Of a stretch of DNA of 64,000 nucleotides, positions 37,801-49,720 are shown piece by piece. The translations under genes and the position numbers were made by a program. The stretch is taken from positions 20,212,001-20,276,000 of the forward strand of contig JBHGNT010000010.1 in the NCBI GenBank assembly GCA_043228905.1, written 5' to 3'. The notes under the pieces were generated by a model. The model did not search any database and was not told the origin of the DNA. It was given only the letters and a program-made list of their open reading frames with translations. Origin of the DNA: Azolla caroliniana (lineage: Eukaryota; Plantae; Polypodiophyta). Within the stretch, counting starts at the first letter, position 1. Each line of letters opens with the position of its first letter.

Positions 37801-40800
37801 GAATGATGAGGTAAGACCTTGCACCATACCAGACCCATATCCTTCTGCTGATCTTGTTTCACTAGCACTGAGTACAGGACTCGGTTCTGATGCATTTCCA
37901 ACAGGTGGTGGCTGAAAACCAGGAGGCGCAATTGGAGAAGGGAATACATGTGGGGGAGGAGGGGCAGGTGACACACCCTGATTAGCTGAAGAACTTATAG
38001 GAAAAAGCGGTTGAGGTGGTGGTGGAGGAAATGCTGGTACAGACAATGGCATATTTGCACCTTGAATTGGAAATAGAGGTTGTGGTAAAGGCAAGGGTGG
38101 CCTTTGAAGAGCAACTCCAGGAGGTCTGGGATAAACATACCCTGGGCGCCATGGTTGTGATGTAGGGGGTTGTGCAGCCCACAGTGGAGGTTGTTGGGAT
38201 ACACCTGGCTGAGGAGAGGCATACCTGTATTGATTACTCTTATCAGTCTAAGAATCAGGTGCAAATTTTAAATACCAATTCCTCTAAGTCAAATAATGAG
38301 TTATGAATTAAAAGTGTAATAATATTATCTAGTATGTACAACCTCAGAAAACTCACCCTTACATATGTAATAATCATATCTAGTATGTACTTACATGGGC
38401 GCTATTGGTCGATATACTGGCAGAGGAAGAGGTGAGGAGCCAATTAGAGCACCAGGATTGAAGGTAGGAATCTCCACCTTTGCAGTCTTTGCAGGCCTTT
38501 CATCATCTGGAAAACATGTCCAACATAAATAATAGCTTTTAGTTGAGTGATAAATTTATAATGTGATATATTTTCCATGCATTTATCTACCTTGGTCTCC
38601 TTCATGTGCGGCTAGAATCTCTGGGGGAATGCCTTCCATGCCAAATATCTCCAACTCTGTGGACTCCCTCTCAGGTTTTGCATTTGGAACCCTAAAATAG
38701 AAACAAATAACAGGGCTTCTATGAACATTAATGTTAACATCCAGTGAAGAGAGTTTGGGGAGCTTATAGTATTAACGAGAACAAAGAGGACCCAAGGACT
38801 AGTTTTGTAAATTTTTCTAACATATTAACATGTCCATTCAAAGGATGGATTTTCTGACGTATTTTGAATCAATTAAGACTCGGTTAGGACTTAATAATGA
38901 CTTCTTAAGTTAGGAGAGGTTTGACAACAACTTATTTTGAGACTCATTTTGAAACTGTGTAGTCCCTACTTTCTGGCTAAAGGAAATCAACGGCTTCCTC
39001 TGGTAAGTTCCGCGCCCATTATGTCTTTAAAAAGTAAAAGATATTTGACCAGAAACCATCTTGAAGAACATAGTTCCTACTTCCTAATTTAATTATGTGT
39101 GTATGTAAATATTCATAAGACTAAAACAGTTGAACAAATAAATAAAAAGGTAAAGAGAACCATTGAAGGACGAGTGAAGAGGCAAAATATTAGGACTCGT
39201 AATATATTCTGATCCATCCACATAATATAGCTAGAGGAGAGGGGATTGTGAGAAAATCTGTTAATTAGCAGCAGCGGAAGAGTTAGAACAAAATAGACAC
39301 AGCCAAGCTGTGAGAAGGCTGTTAGACAGCAGTAGAAAAAATGGTTGCAAAGAGTAGAGATACAGCCAAAGAGTTGTGTTTGTTTGTAAGTAGCAGCAGA
39401 AAATAATCTCATTACAAAAGAGGCTGGTATAAGCCTATTTATACAAAATTGGGAATGGTTGTTTGGTAGTTTAGAGACTCTTGTACTACCAAACAGGTAA
39501 AATAAACTAGGAATAAAAAAGGGAATATCTTGGAAAAAGTGGAAGCGAGAAAAGGCATTTAAAGCGTTGCAGATTCTAGAGAGAGAACCTAGGAAAAGAG
39601 AGAATGTAGCACAGAGATAATAAAGATGAATGAGAGTGCAAGTCTGGAGCTGCCACCCTCCAACACCTCTCAGCTCCAAAACGGCAGTCCAACATTGACT
39701 CGAGCTTAGGAAATAAATCAGCCACATTTTCTTGAGTAGGGCAATATGCCAACTTGATGACTTGTGAGTAGGCTGTGGGACCAGCTCCCATGTATGATTC
39801 CACCCAATGGAATCAAGTTCAACTTCCATTGCTGCTTTCCACTTTGGAAGAACAAGGGCCTCTTTTGCTGTTGTGGGTTCTTGTGATTGCACAACAGTGC
39901 ACGGTAAGGCAAAGTTGCATGAGTGAGGAGGCCGTTGTGACTTACGTGTTCGAGAACCAGATGTATACTCATGAAGTGCAGTATCGGAGAGATGAGAATC
40001 ACGAATGGTTGCTTGGAGCCACTTGGGAAGTGGTGGAAGCTGGTGTGTAGAGGGAGGGGAAACAAGTGTAGTTGAGGGACTCATGAAGTTCAGCATCGGA
40101 GAGATGAGAATCACGAATGGTGGCTTGGAGCCACTTGGGAAGTGGTGGAAGCTGGTGTGTAGAGGGAGGGGAAACAAGTGTAGTTGAGGGAGAGGTTTGA
40201 ATTGTTGGCAAAGTTAGTGATTGAGTAGGAGGAGATGGGAGGCTTGAAGGTGAGACATCTTCGTCTAAAATAGGAGATTCCGAAGGAGCTAATATTTCAA
40301 CCATGAACTCAGATGACATAATAGAGTCATCCAGTGAGACTCCACAAAATGAACATCCATAGAGATGAGTCATGACTAGGGACTTTGATTCGAAATCTCA
40401 CACCTATAGGCTTTAGATTGTGTGTTGTAACCAAGAAATTTGCATTTCTTGGTTTTGGATTCAAATTTAGTCCTTTTACGATCTGAAATGTGAACATAAG
40501 CATCACAACCAAAGACTTTAAAATCAGATACTGAGGGCTTTACACCTGTAAATGCTTCTGCAAGGGTCATTGCAGCAATTGCTTTTGTTGGGCAGCAATT
40601 GATGATATAGACTGCTGTGTTGACAGCTTCACCCCAAAATGAGAGGAAGATCCGATTGAGATAGCATTGTACGAGCCATCTCTTGGACTGTCCGGTTCTT
40701 CCTTTCCACAACTCCATTTTGTTGAGGAGTATTGGGTGTAGAAAATTGGCGAGCAATGCCTCGTTGAGAGCAGAAATGGTGGAAAGCTTGGGAGCTAAAC

Positions 40801-43800
40801 TCTCCACCATTGTCCGACTTGATCTTTCGAACTTTCTTTGATGTCTCGTTCTCCACGAGAGCTTCCCATTCTTGAAATTTTGTGAAGGCTTGAGGATTTT
40901 CTACAAGAAAATAAACCCAAACCTTGCGGGAGAAACCATCAATGATGAGCATGAAGTAGCGTGCACCACCAAGAGTAGTGGTTTTCATGGGACCACAAAG
41001 ATCCATGTGCACAAACTCCATGATAGATGTTGCATGGCGAGTGGTTTCATGAGGGAAAGGCTCTCGATGTTGCTTGCCATGAAGACAAGCAACACATGGG
41101 TATTGGGGGTTTCATTAGACGGTGCACAAACTCAACTTCAGTGGATTTGCTTCCCAAAGAAACTAGTTCCTTTTGGAGAGTAACAAATTCCGTAATTTGA
41201 TCCATGATGTTGGGAGTGTCATGAATCTTGAGATTTGCTAGTTGGTTCTCAAAAGCTATCATTTGAGCATGATTAGCTCGATGATACCTGTTTTTGATGG
41301 ATGTCCATAGCTCATTGGCTGTCTCTTCATCTCTATCTTGAAATTGATGAGCGATGCTTGGTTTAATATTAAACATGAGGAAAGCATGAGCACAAGAATC
41401 CTTATCTAGCCAAGCTTCAATCTCAGCGTTAGATGAGCCAGCAACTGATTTAGTTGAAGAGGATGAAGTTACTGGTGGTTTCTTGTCACTACCATTGACT
41501 ACAATCCATAAACGATGGTATTGTAGCAAGGTCTTTATTTGTAGCTCCCAATCCAAGTAATTGTTCCCATCCAAGATGGACTCTTTGGGGAGTTCGGGAA
41601 TGGTTGATGAAACAATGGTGGCATGTGAGGCCATGGATATCCTCCTCTTGAGCTACAACTGGACAATTTACAGCAGTTGTAAGTAGATCCTCAGGGTCTT
41701 TCTACTTCTCCCTAGATGCTAGGTGAGGCTCAGTTGAGGGGAAAAGAAAAAAAAAACCTCCTCTGTAGGTTGGGAGGGTGGCTGCTAAGAGAACTTCCAC
41801 TATAGGGTTGGGAGGGAGGGATAAAAGAAGAGAGGTATGTGTGCTCTTTGGCAAAAAAATCAGGCTGAGGATATGGAGACCTCACTGATCTGATACCATG
41901 TGAGAAAAGCTGTTAATAGCAGCAGCGGAAGAGTTAGAACAAAATAGACACAGCCAAGTTGTGAGAAGGCTGTTAGACAGCAGTTGAAAAAATGGTTGCA
42001 AAGAGTAGAGACACAGCCAAAGAGTTGTGCTTGTTTGTAAGTAGCAGCAGAAAATAATCTCATTACAAGAGAGGCTGGTATAAGCCTATTTATACAAAAT
42101 TGGGAATGGTTGTTTGGTAGTTAAGAGACTCTTGTACTACCAAACAGGTACAATAAACATGGAATAAAAAAGGGCATATCTTGGAAAAAGTGGAAGAGAG
42201 AAAAGGCATTTAAAGCGTTGCAGATTCTAGAGAGAGAATAATCTGGGAAGAGAGAGAATGTAGTACAGAGATAATAAAGATGAAAGAGAGTGCAGGTCTG
42301 GAGCTGCCACCCTCCAACAGGGATATGTCAGTGACTTAATGAGAGGGAGAGATGGAGATGGAGATGGAAAGATAAAAAAGGAAGCCTCAAATAAATAAAC
42401 AGCCAAATTACAAAAAGTGTGTGAAATTTCACACTACCCAAGATAACAATTCAAGGAAAAAATCCCCTGAATGAACCAGACACGATGGTATCTATAATCA
42501 AATTGATCACACTGAAAAGAAGGCAAAGTTCCCAATGTTAACATAATGCCATGTAAGTGACATAATAGGATTTCTATCACTAGGGAAAGCAACCAAAGTA
42601 AACAAATTGCTTTCAGATTTGCGAACAGTTTCATATGTTGAAAATTGAACACACATGAACCCTATGACAGTTAAGTCACCATTGCCATTATGTAGGTTAA
42701 ATGCCATACTTCTTTATACAGTAATCTGAAATTTCTATTAATGAATTATGTTGGTTAAATGTCATACTTCTTTATACAGTAATCCTTCTCAATATATAGA
42801 ATAAAAATCATCACATCAATCTGACCTACACTTCTAGCTTAAGTTGATCTCATCTGAGCATGTCCATCACAAGTTCAAGGTTGCCGAGTCATAAAATATG
42901 ATCCATGTACAGTAGGCCACAATAATACATATTTACAATAATTTTAAACTCGCACCATATGATACAATGAACACAGTGAAAATTCTAGCATAAAATATAT
43001 CCCCATCATCATGGTTCACGCAAATTATAAACAGCAAAATGCAACAAGTTTTAAAGTAGGCATAATTTTCAAATTTTTCCAAATTCTATTAGAATATCTC
43101 AAAATACAAGTTTTTTATATATATTCATCATCCAATGAACAATCAGACACAACATTATCAATACCGTCATAATCCCTCTGTGTGTAGTGAGCACAAAAGA
43201 ATGTTGAAATAATGTGTGAACATAAAGTTAGAACTTTAAATAAGAAAACAGGAAAGGAGAACTAAAGATGACAGAAAACAGAAAAAAGGATTAAAGACAA
43301 GACAGAAGAAGAGAGTTGGAAATTTTCAAATAAGAAAGAGCATTAAAGAAGATTCAAGAAGAATGGGAGGATGAAATAGATGCACAAAAATGAGGGAAAC
43401 AGTTCATCTGAGAAAAAATTACAATTCTCTTTTGTTTTTTGCGTTAGATAGAAGGACAATATTTCTTCCAATAGATAATTAAAGGCTCTATTTGAACCTG
43501 CCATAATAAATTTCATGTGGCATATGAAAAAAATCCTGCATGGAATGACCTACTATGGAAAGGTAGGAGGGATGAGGGGGGCATCTCTGATGCCATGTGA
43601 GGATGACTTGACCTTATGCATCAACATTGATTGTGGTCACGGTTGGCATCCGTGAAGTCCACATCAACAATAAAGAGGAATCCTCTCCTTGTGAATCCTC
43701 TGATTGTCAATCCCCTTATGGAAAGGTAGGAGGGATGAGGGGGGCATCTCTGATGCCATGTGAGGATGACTTGACCTTATGACAATATGCATCAACATTG

Positions 43801-45757
43801 ACTGTGGTCATGGTTGGCATCCGTGAAGTCCACATCAACAACAAAGAGGAATCCTCTCGTTGTGAATCCTCTGATTGTCAATCCCCTTTGGCCAGGATAT
43901 TTGCTTTTACATCATGAAGAATGTCCCTAAATATGGTGTGGACTTCTCATGGTTGGTTCACAAAGAGATTTCTTTATTCACAAGATGAATGCAGAGCATC
44001 TACATGACTTCATAGGCCCTCTAGCAGTCTGAGATAAAGATAATATGGTCTAGATATAGAATTATGGGTACAAGTACTCCCGAAAGACTTGCACCAGGTC
44101 AACTCACTATATATGCAATCTGCATTTGAATTATGTGGACCCCAAAGGCAGTGATTTATGGAGGACATCCTTGTTTAACGCCAATGATGTGAATGTTGTT
44201 GGCTACCTCGTCTGATATTTTACCTATTCATAGAGTACCTAAATTCCCCACAGCAAATCCTTTCGTACCTATGAAGTTTGCAGTTGTTGCATGAATGCAG
44301 CTCATGACAATGTGTCAAACGACTTTACAAGTCTACACAGCAGCAATAAATCCTCTTTACACGGTCTAAACAAGAGCTTGCACCATCAATGTACAGTCTA
44401 AAGCAGTGGACCCCTTCTTAAAAGGGCTCGTCCTTGTGCCCGATGACCATGATTCTCTACCCATTCACTCAACTCTAACTCTAAAATTGATGCATATAAC
44501 ATGGCCCAATAGTGGCCTATAATGATTGCTCTGTAGTTATCTCACATCATGGGATCCTTACTCTTAATAATTTAAGCGATAGTGTGTTCAGCCCACAATA
44601 CAGATCTTTTAAATATATACACTAGAAGAGTTATTTGTTCCAAAAGAAGGGGCCCTTATTAGTGTTCTTTCTTAGGAAATTCTTCTCAATGTGGACAACA
44701 CAGTTCATCAGACACCCCTTTCCTTGATATATCATGCTGCCTTAGAACCATTTTCTTAGGAGAAAGCTGCTGTAGAACACTGTAAAAAGAATTTGAAACT
44801 TGCTGGTAGCAAATCTCATGAAGCTAACAAATTTTGATAGAAATGTATACTACTATCGCTAAATTGCTATGTTGGATTCCAATATTTTCTTTATTACCAC
44901 CCATGAAAGCCAAATTCCAGAAAATAAATGTAGCCAAGAAAACAAAATATTAATTTCCAATGCAAATATTGTCTCATAATTTACAATTATTTCAGACACT
45001 TTTCCGAACTTATAATTTCATGCATGAAAAGAAACTAGTGAGAAAAATGTTCAAAAACACAATTTAGAACTAATACGACCTAGATTAGCCATTAATAAAA
45101 AAAACCATGCAAGAAACAGAAATATGTAGACATTGGAAACAAGAAAACAATGTATGATTGAAAGAAGCAAAACAGAACAAAACAAACGGAGCAAATAACA
45201 ATAAAAAATAAATAACTTAATAAATATTGAGAAGAAGCAAAAATGATGATAGCAACAATAATAGCTTGTGATAGATTTGGTTGTGCGCTTAAATAAATAA
45301 TCTCAGATTAACAAAATTAAATTGGAAGTAAAAATTAACTATAATCGCTAGGCACATGAAGATATAGATAGATGGATGGATGGATGGATAGATAATATCA
45401 AATGAAAAAAATACATAATGGATAGATAGATAAGATCAAATGAAAAAAATACATAAGGAATAATAAAAGCTTACTTGGAAACAACCGACTCGTGCACTTG
45501 AGAATGCATATCAGATTAAAACAAAAATAGCTAAAAATCAAAGCAAACATAGAAGGGCCTTACTTTGTAATAGCTTGCTTATGCACTTGGAGGACATGAA
45601 TTACGAGACCACCGGCGGTGGAGAGCTTCTTATGACAGACATGGCACTTGAAATGCTTTGCCTTCTGATGCTGAATGAGGATCTTCTCATCATCGAACTC
45701 TCTCTCGCAGTAAAAGCACCAAACTTTAGGAATAGCCTTCTTCTTCTTCTTTCCCAT
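34819..45757 (-). CDS. SUF4: SUPPRESSOR OF FRI 4-like C2H2/BED zinc-finger, proline-rich protein (ZNF207/BuGZ family), 7 exons, ~382 aa
   Basis: Minus-strand exons: 45757-45564, 38691-38591, 38506-38395, 38224-37779, 35798-35635, 35559-35506, 34896-34819 (1149 nt). [77 protein letters not shown], Pro-rich middle, [36 protein letters not shown]. Confidence 0.95.
39247..39665 (-). repeat. 3' LTR of the copia element
   Basis: tgtgagaaaa...ccaccctccaaca; direct repeat of 41899-42319. Confidence 0.95.
39969..40190. repeat. ~111-bp tandem duplication inside the copia integrase-RT linker
   Basis: tcatgaagt..ggagagatgagaatcacgaatgg..cttggagccacttgggaagtggtggaagctggtgtgtagagggaggggaaacaagtgtagttgaggga occurs twice. 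Confidence 0.9.
41899..42319 (-). repeat. 5' LTR of the copia element
   Basis: Direct repeat of 39247-39665. It has a TATA-like tataaatagg on the minus strand near 42085 and abuts the PBS. Confidence 0.95.
43555..43887. repeat. Near-identical ~165-bp tandem duplication in SUF4 intron 1
   Basis: tatggaaaggtaggagggatgaggggggcatctctgatgcc...ctctgattgtcaatcccct at 43555 and at 43717. Confidence 0.92.
43950..44460 (-). mobile_element. Possible highly degraded LINE (post-RT region) fragment
   Basis: Minus-strand peptides VRKDLLWG and [21 protein letters not shown] resemble the plant LINE 'R.FLWG' and 'LVAWNKVCLPK..GGLG' motifs. Many stops and frameshifts. Confidence 0.35.
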
Positions 45758-45854
45758 GGAGCAAGAAAAAGAGGAGGACGCTCTTCTCTAGCGGAGAGTA
45801 GAGGATCTCTGCACAAGAGGTGGGGGCCGCTAGGTAGGGTTCACCTCTACACAG

Positions 45855-45960
45855 AACTACAGGGTTTTGTTTATGTTTGCTGCACAGTGGGGTGATGGGG
45901 TTGTTTTCCTGTGCAGAGATTAGGGTTTTCTTGCTGTGGGCAGAGAGGTTAGGGTTTGCC
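45855..45960 (-). promoter_or_regulatory. Cluster of telo-box-like (AAACCCTA) motifs in the SUF4 5' region
   Basis: agggtttt (~45861), tagggtttt (~45921) and tagggttt (~45950). Similar aaaccctaa motifs lie upstream of IIL1 (~807, ~1057) and HEXO (~24575). Function is inferred. Confidence 0.5.
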
Positions 45961-46124
45961 CTGAAGAATTCTTCTGTTAAAAACTGTAAAAACATTATAC
46001 ATACAACAACAGTAGGTATATGACCCTTATTTTAGAAGCTTTTATTTTTCTATTTTTTCTTTTTCTTTTTTCTTTTTTCTTTTTTTTCTTTTTTCTTATT
46101 TCTTATTTCTTATTTTCTATTTTC

Positions 46125-46245
46125 TATCTTTTATTTTTATTTTTATTTTTATTTTTATTTTTATTTTTATTTTTATTTTTATTTTTATTTTTATTTTTAT
46201 TTTTATTTTTATTTTTATTTTTATTTTTATTTTTATTTTTATTTC
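46125..46245. repeat. (TTTTTA)n microsatellite within a T-rich tract upstream of SUF4
   Basis: Read directly. Confidence 0.95.
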
Positions 46246-47611
46246 TTACTTCTTACTTTTTATCTTAATTTTTTTCCCTTGTTTTTTTTTTCTTTTTTAG
46301 TTCTTAGTTTTTATTTTAAATTCTTGCTTTTTACTTTACTTCTTTTTTAATTCTGGATTTTATTTTCTATTTTTTTATTTCTGATTTTTTTAAAAGAAAC
46401 AAAAAAAACTTGCATTCATATATGCACAATAAATACATAACACAAGTAAGTATCCAGAGACATGTGCTGGTGCATGAATATCTTCTTTCTCATTCCTCCA
46501 TGTCCACCAACATATGTCCGCCACATCACGGACATGTTGGGTTGACTTGGTGATGTATGTACATATGGGCGCTACGAAGAACTTGTCCCCATCCACAACT
46601 TATTTACTCAATCTCATCCACTCCTTCTGGGTCCCATCTGTTTTCGTTCAAACCCCGTGAAACCACCATAAGCTTTCATATATGCATTTTCGCTAAGCAT
46701 TGGCCACACAAACACGCATTTTATTATCATCTTCAAATGCCACTCCAAAACCCCCAAAAATAAGATTCCCATGTAATACATGTGAAAGTGAGCAGTGACT
46801 CTTCGTAGTCAAGAACATTACTGATGAATATCGCAATCGAGAGTGCACATTGTGATTGTGTGTGTGTGATAGATAGATTGTATTATCATATTCAGAGACA
46901 AATATAATATGCGAGACCAAAGCATGGCATTTTCATTTAATACACATTGTGAAAATGAGCGTAGGCTCTTGATGTTTGATAATGTTACTAGTGAATGTCA
47001 CAATTGAGAATGCACATTATGCCTGCAAGAGCAATTCGTGCAATGATTGGCTTTTGGTTAAACATGAATGAAAAGCATAGTCAAATGTGATCAAAGGTAG
47101 AGAGTATTATATCAAAGTGTGATGTTCATGCCCCCTAACCCGTGCAGGGAAAAGTATATACATTGGCCAAAGTGTATGAACTAAATTATTTGAAAGCAAT
47201 GGTCTACATTGCAAACAACAGGATGAACTCTAACATGTATTGTTGTTTGGTTTCCCTGTTTGGCAAAGAATATAGTTATGTAGTTAAGTGGAACATATGT
47301 AGTATAATGTTGTAAAAATGCCTCGTTCATAGAGGAATCTATTGATGCTTTAGGAAGCAAGTGTGTTGTATGATGTATCCCATATTCCAAACCATTATTC
47401 CATGTATTTCATCCAATCATAACACAAAAACTTATTTTTATGTGTCATTGGATATGTTCGTTTGTTTCCCATGTGATTTATACGAATTTGAGAAGTCAAT
47501 GAGAGGGAGTTTTTAATATTACATGCACACTCAATGGGAGACCTCGATAGGAAATGATTTAATCTCAAAGTTGCCTTTGCTTTCAAACTCTTTCCAAGTG
47601 AACTTAGGGAT

Positions 47612-48005
47612 CGAACTAATGATGAGAAAAAGAACAAGAGATTAAGGAGAATGATATATAAAGGGTGTTTAACCGCATCAACCACCCCTGAGTGAAGGAC
47701 ATGAGACAAACATAGATTACCATCAAGGTCCCATATGTTATACCTTGGTTGTTGAATCAATGAATATGAAGATGAGAGCTTACCCTCGCTAACAAAGTCT
47801 CAACAACATCTTGAGATGTCATGATGAAGGGGTAGTTAGTGCCCTTTATATAGCTTACGACCTAAGACTCCCATACCACTACATGTTCCCACTGTGTCCT
47901 GCATCTATATGGATTTGTCCCAAAGCCCGAGATAACTAGTTTCTTCACTATCCTACTTTTACCCATTAAAATTAGTTGTAGAATTTGATTGTAAAGTTAT
48001 GCCTC
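47612..48005 (-). mobile_element. Second copy of the dispersed LTR-like repeat seen at ~31372-31735
   Basis: Same conserved blocks in the same order and orientation. Confidence 0.55.
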
Positions 48006-48185
48006 TAACGTCTACCACCTCACAAAGTAGCACCAATGTGACCAATGTGTTGAAAAGGTATGAGAACCCAACAAGAAGGTTGCTTTCGAGATGTCACTTA
48101 TTAAGCACTGTATATACATTTTCAATTGTAAAGAAAGAAGCATAGAGGAAGAGAATCATCAACATGTCATCTTTCCAATATTTGA

Positions 48186-48484
48186 TTTCTCATATAAATT
48201 ATCACAATGCACAAACAAGTTCAAATGAGTCAATGGACCATGACTCAACATATTTCTTCCTCAGGTTTCTCAAAGGTTTTAGCACACGCGTGTGTTATCT
48301 CTTGTGTTCAAAGATATTGCCTCCCTGAGTAACTTTCTCATATAAGTTATTACAATGCACAAACAAGTTCAAATGAGTCAATGGACCATGACTCAACATA
48401 TTTCTTCCTCAGGTTTCTCCAAGGTTTTAGCACACGCTTGTGTTATCTCTTGTGTTCGAAGATATCGCCTCCCTGAGTAACTTT
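48186..48484. repeat. Near-identical ~148-bp tandem duplication
   Basis: tttctcatataa..acaatgcacaaacaagttcaaatgagtcaatggaccatgactcaac..gcctccctgagtaacttt occurs twice. Confidence 0.92.
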
Positions 48485-48899
48485 CCATATTATTCTCTTC
48501 CTTTCAATGAGTCTTACGTACTTATGCAATTGTTTATGATCACCTCCTTATCCATGACTACATCCAATTTTAGGATAAACTTTTGAGCTTCATGATGTTC
48601 TTTATCAAACCATTTTTTACTTGAACTAAATTATTTGATGACTTTACAGGGTATGTGCTTGGCCGTTGGCTGAAAATTATTTGTTTATGCATCAAAAAAT
48701 GACTTTCATGAAAGCTTCCCATTACACCCTAGTGTTACACCATTTTGTAGTTGTGTCGTTTGTAACTTACCTTCAACCATCTCATAATACATGGGTGCTA
48801 GTTTAAAGTCTATGCTCAAATATGATTGTTTGATATCCTTATCGACCTTCCCACACTCAAACCTTTTCATATATTTGAGGTCATAAATGTACAAGTCAT

Positions 48900-49720
48900 A
48901 TGACTTTGTCCATTCACTATGCAATAACTTGCGTGTAATCCAAATTTCCTAAAAAAAAGTATCACACAATCAATCACAATATTACCATTGTTTTTTCTAT
49001 ACGAAAATCATTAGTGTCATGCCATAATGATACACCATTTGCAACAAGCATTGTGATACTATTGCACATTTGTTGGAGTAACTTCCCAAATTGACATGAA
49101 ACTTTTTTATTAGTGGAAGATCGATTATACATTTAATCCTATTGCATCATTGAGATACATGACATAAAAATTGTTGTGAATCAAGCAGCTAACTTGTTGT
49201 ATGAGTGTTTATATCACCAAAGCCAATAACTTCCCCTTTGACTTAAAAATAAACAACATAATCTTCTAGGTTGACAAGTGATTGTTTTATATCAAAACAA
49301 GCATATAAGTTAGATGGATCTAACGAGGTATGTAGCATCCAAACTACAAAAGTGGGCATGACATTTTATACTTCTATTTTAAGCCACATGTAGCATTTAT
49401 GTTCATCATTTTTATGATAGACACATATTTTTCCAATTCCCCCTTAATCAAACATGTCATCCCTCTATGTCTTCTTCGTTACATTGGATTATTCACTAAT
49501 ATTACGGAATGTATTTTGTAATTGCCCAAACCTTGAATCCTTTGAGTATCATGATGTCTAATTGATTGGCTGCCAAATATCGCATTCCATAGATGACAAT
49601 GTGTTTTCATACTCTCTTCTTCAATCCCATAGATGATAATGACCTTTTTGAGGGATGCATGTGTTTCGGTACTCTCTTGTTTAAACCCATAGATGATGAT
49701 GTTCTTCAATCTCTAGTCAT
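48900..49720 (-). mobile_element. Degraded non-LTR retrotransposon (LINE): ORF1-like and AP-endonuclease remnants
   Basis: Minus-strand motifs in the expected order: KNIIIYGF/IIIYGIEEE (ORF1-like, ~49710-49615), GCYIP (~49340), VIGFGDINTH (GDFN-like, ~49230-49200), LVANG (~49045), GNIVIDCV (SxIDY-like, ~48980). Confidence 0.6.

Larger units (their letters stand above)
39247..42319 (-). mobile_element. Ty1/copia LTR retrotransposon, internally deleted and non-autonomous, 3073 bp, in SUF4 intron 1
   Basis: LTRs at 39247-39665 and 41899-42319 (TG..CA, roughly 95% identical by eye). 5-bp TSD GGGAT at 39242-39246 and 42320-42324. tRNA-Met-type PBS TGGTATCAGA next to the 5' LTR and a purine-rich PPT next to the 3' LTR. 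Gag ORF 41634-41047 (LDGNNYLDW), frameshifted integrase ([26 protein letters not shown]), RT start ([14 protein letters not shown]) and RNase H end ([12 protein letters not shown]). Confidence 0.96.

Noticed and set aside
39113-40177. 354-aa ORF as a novel host gene
   Set aside because: It is chimeric read-through of the copia linker, RT start, deletion junction and 3' LTR.
46020-46268. Phe/Leu-rich membrane-peptide-like ORF
   Set aside because: It is the translation of (TTTTTA)n.
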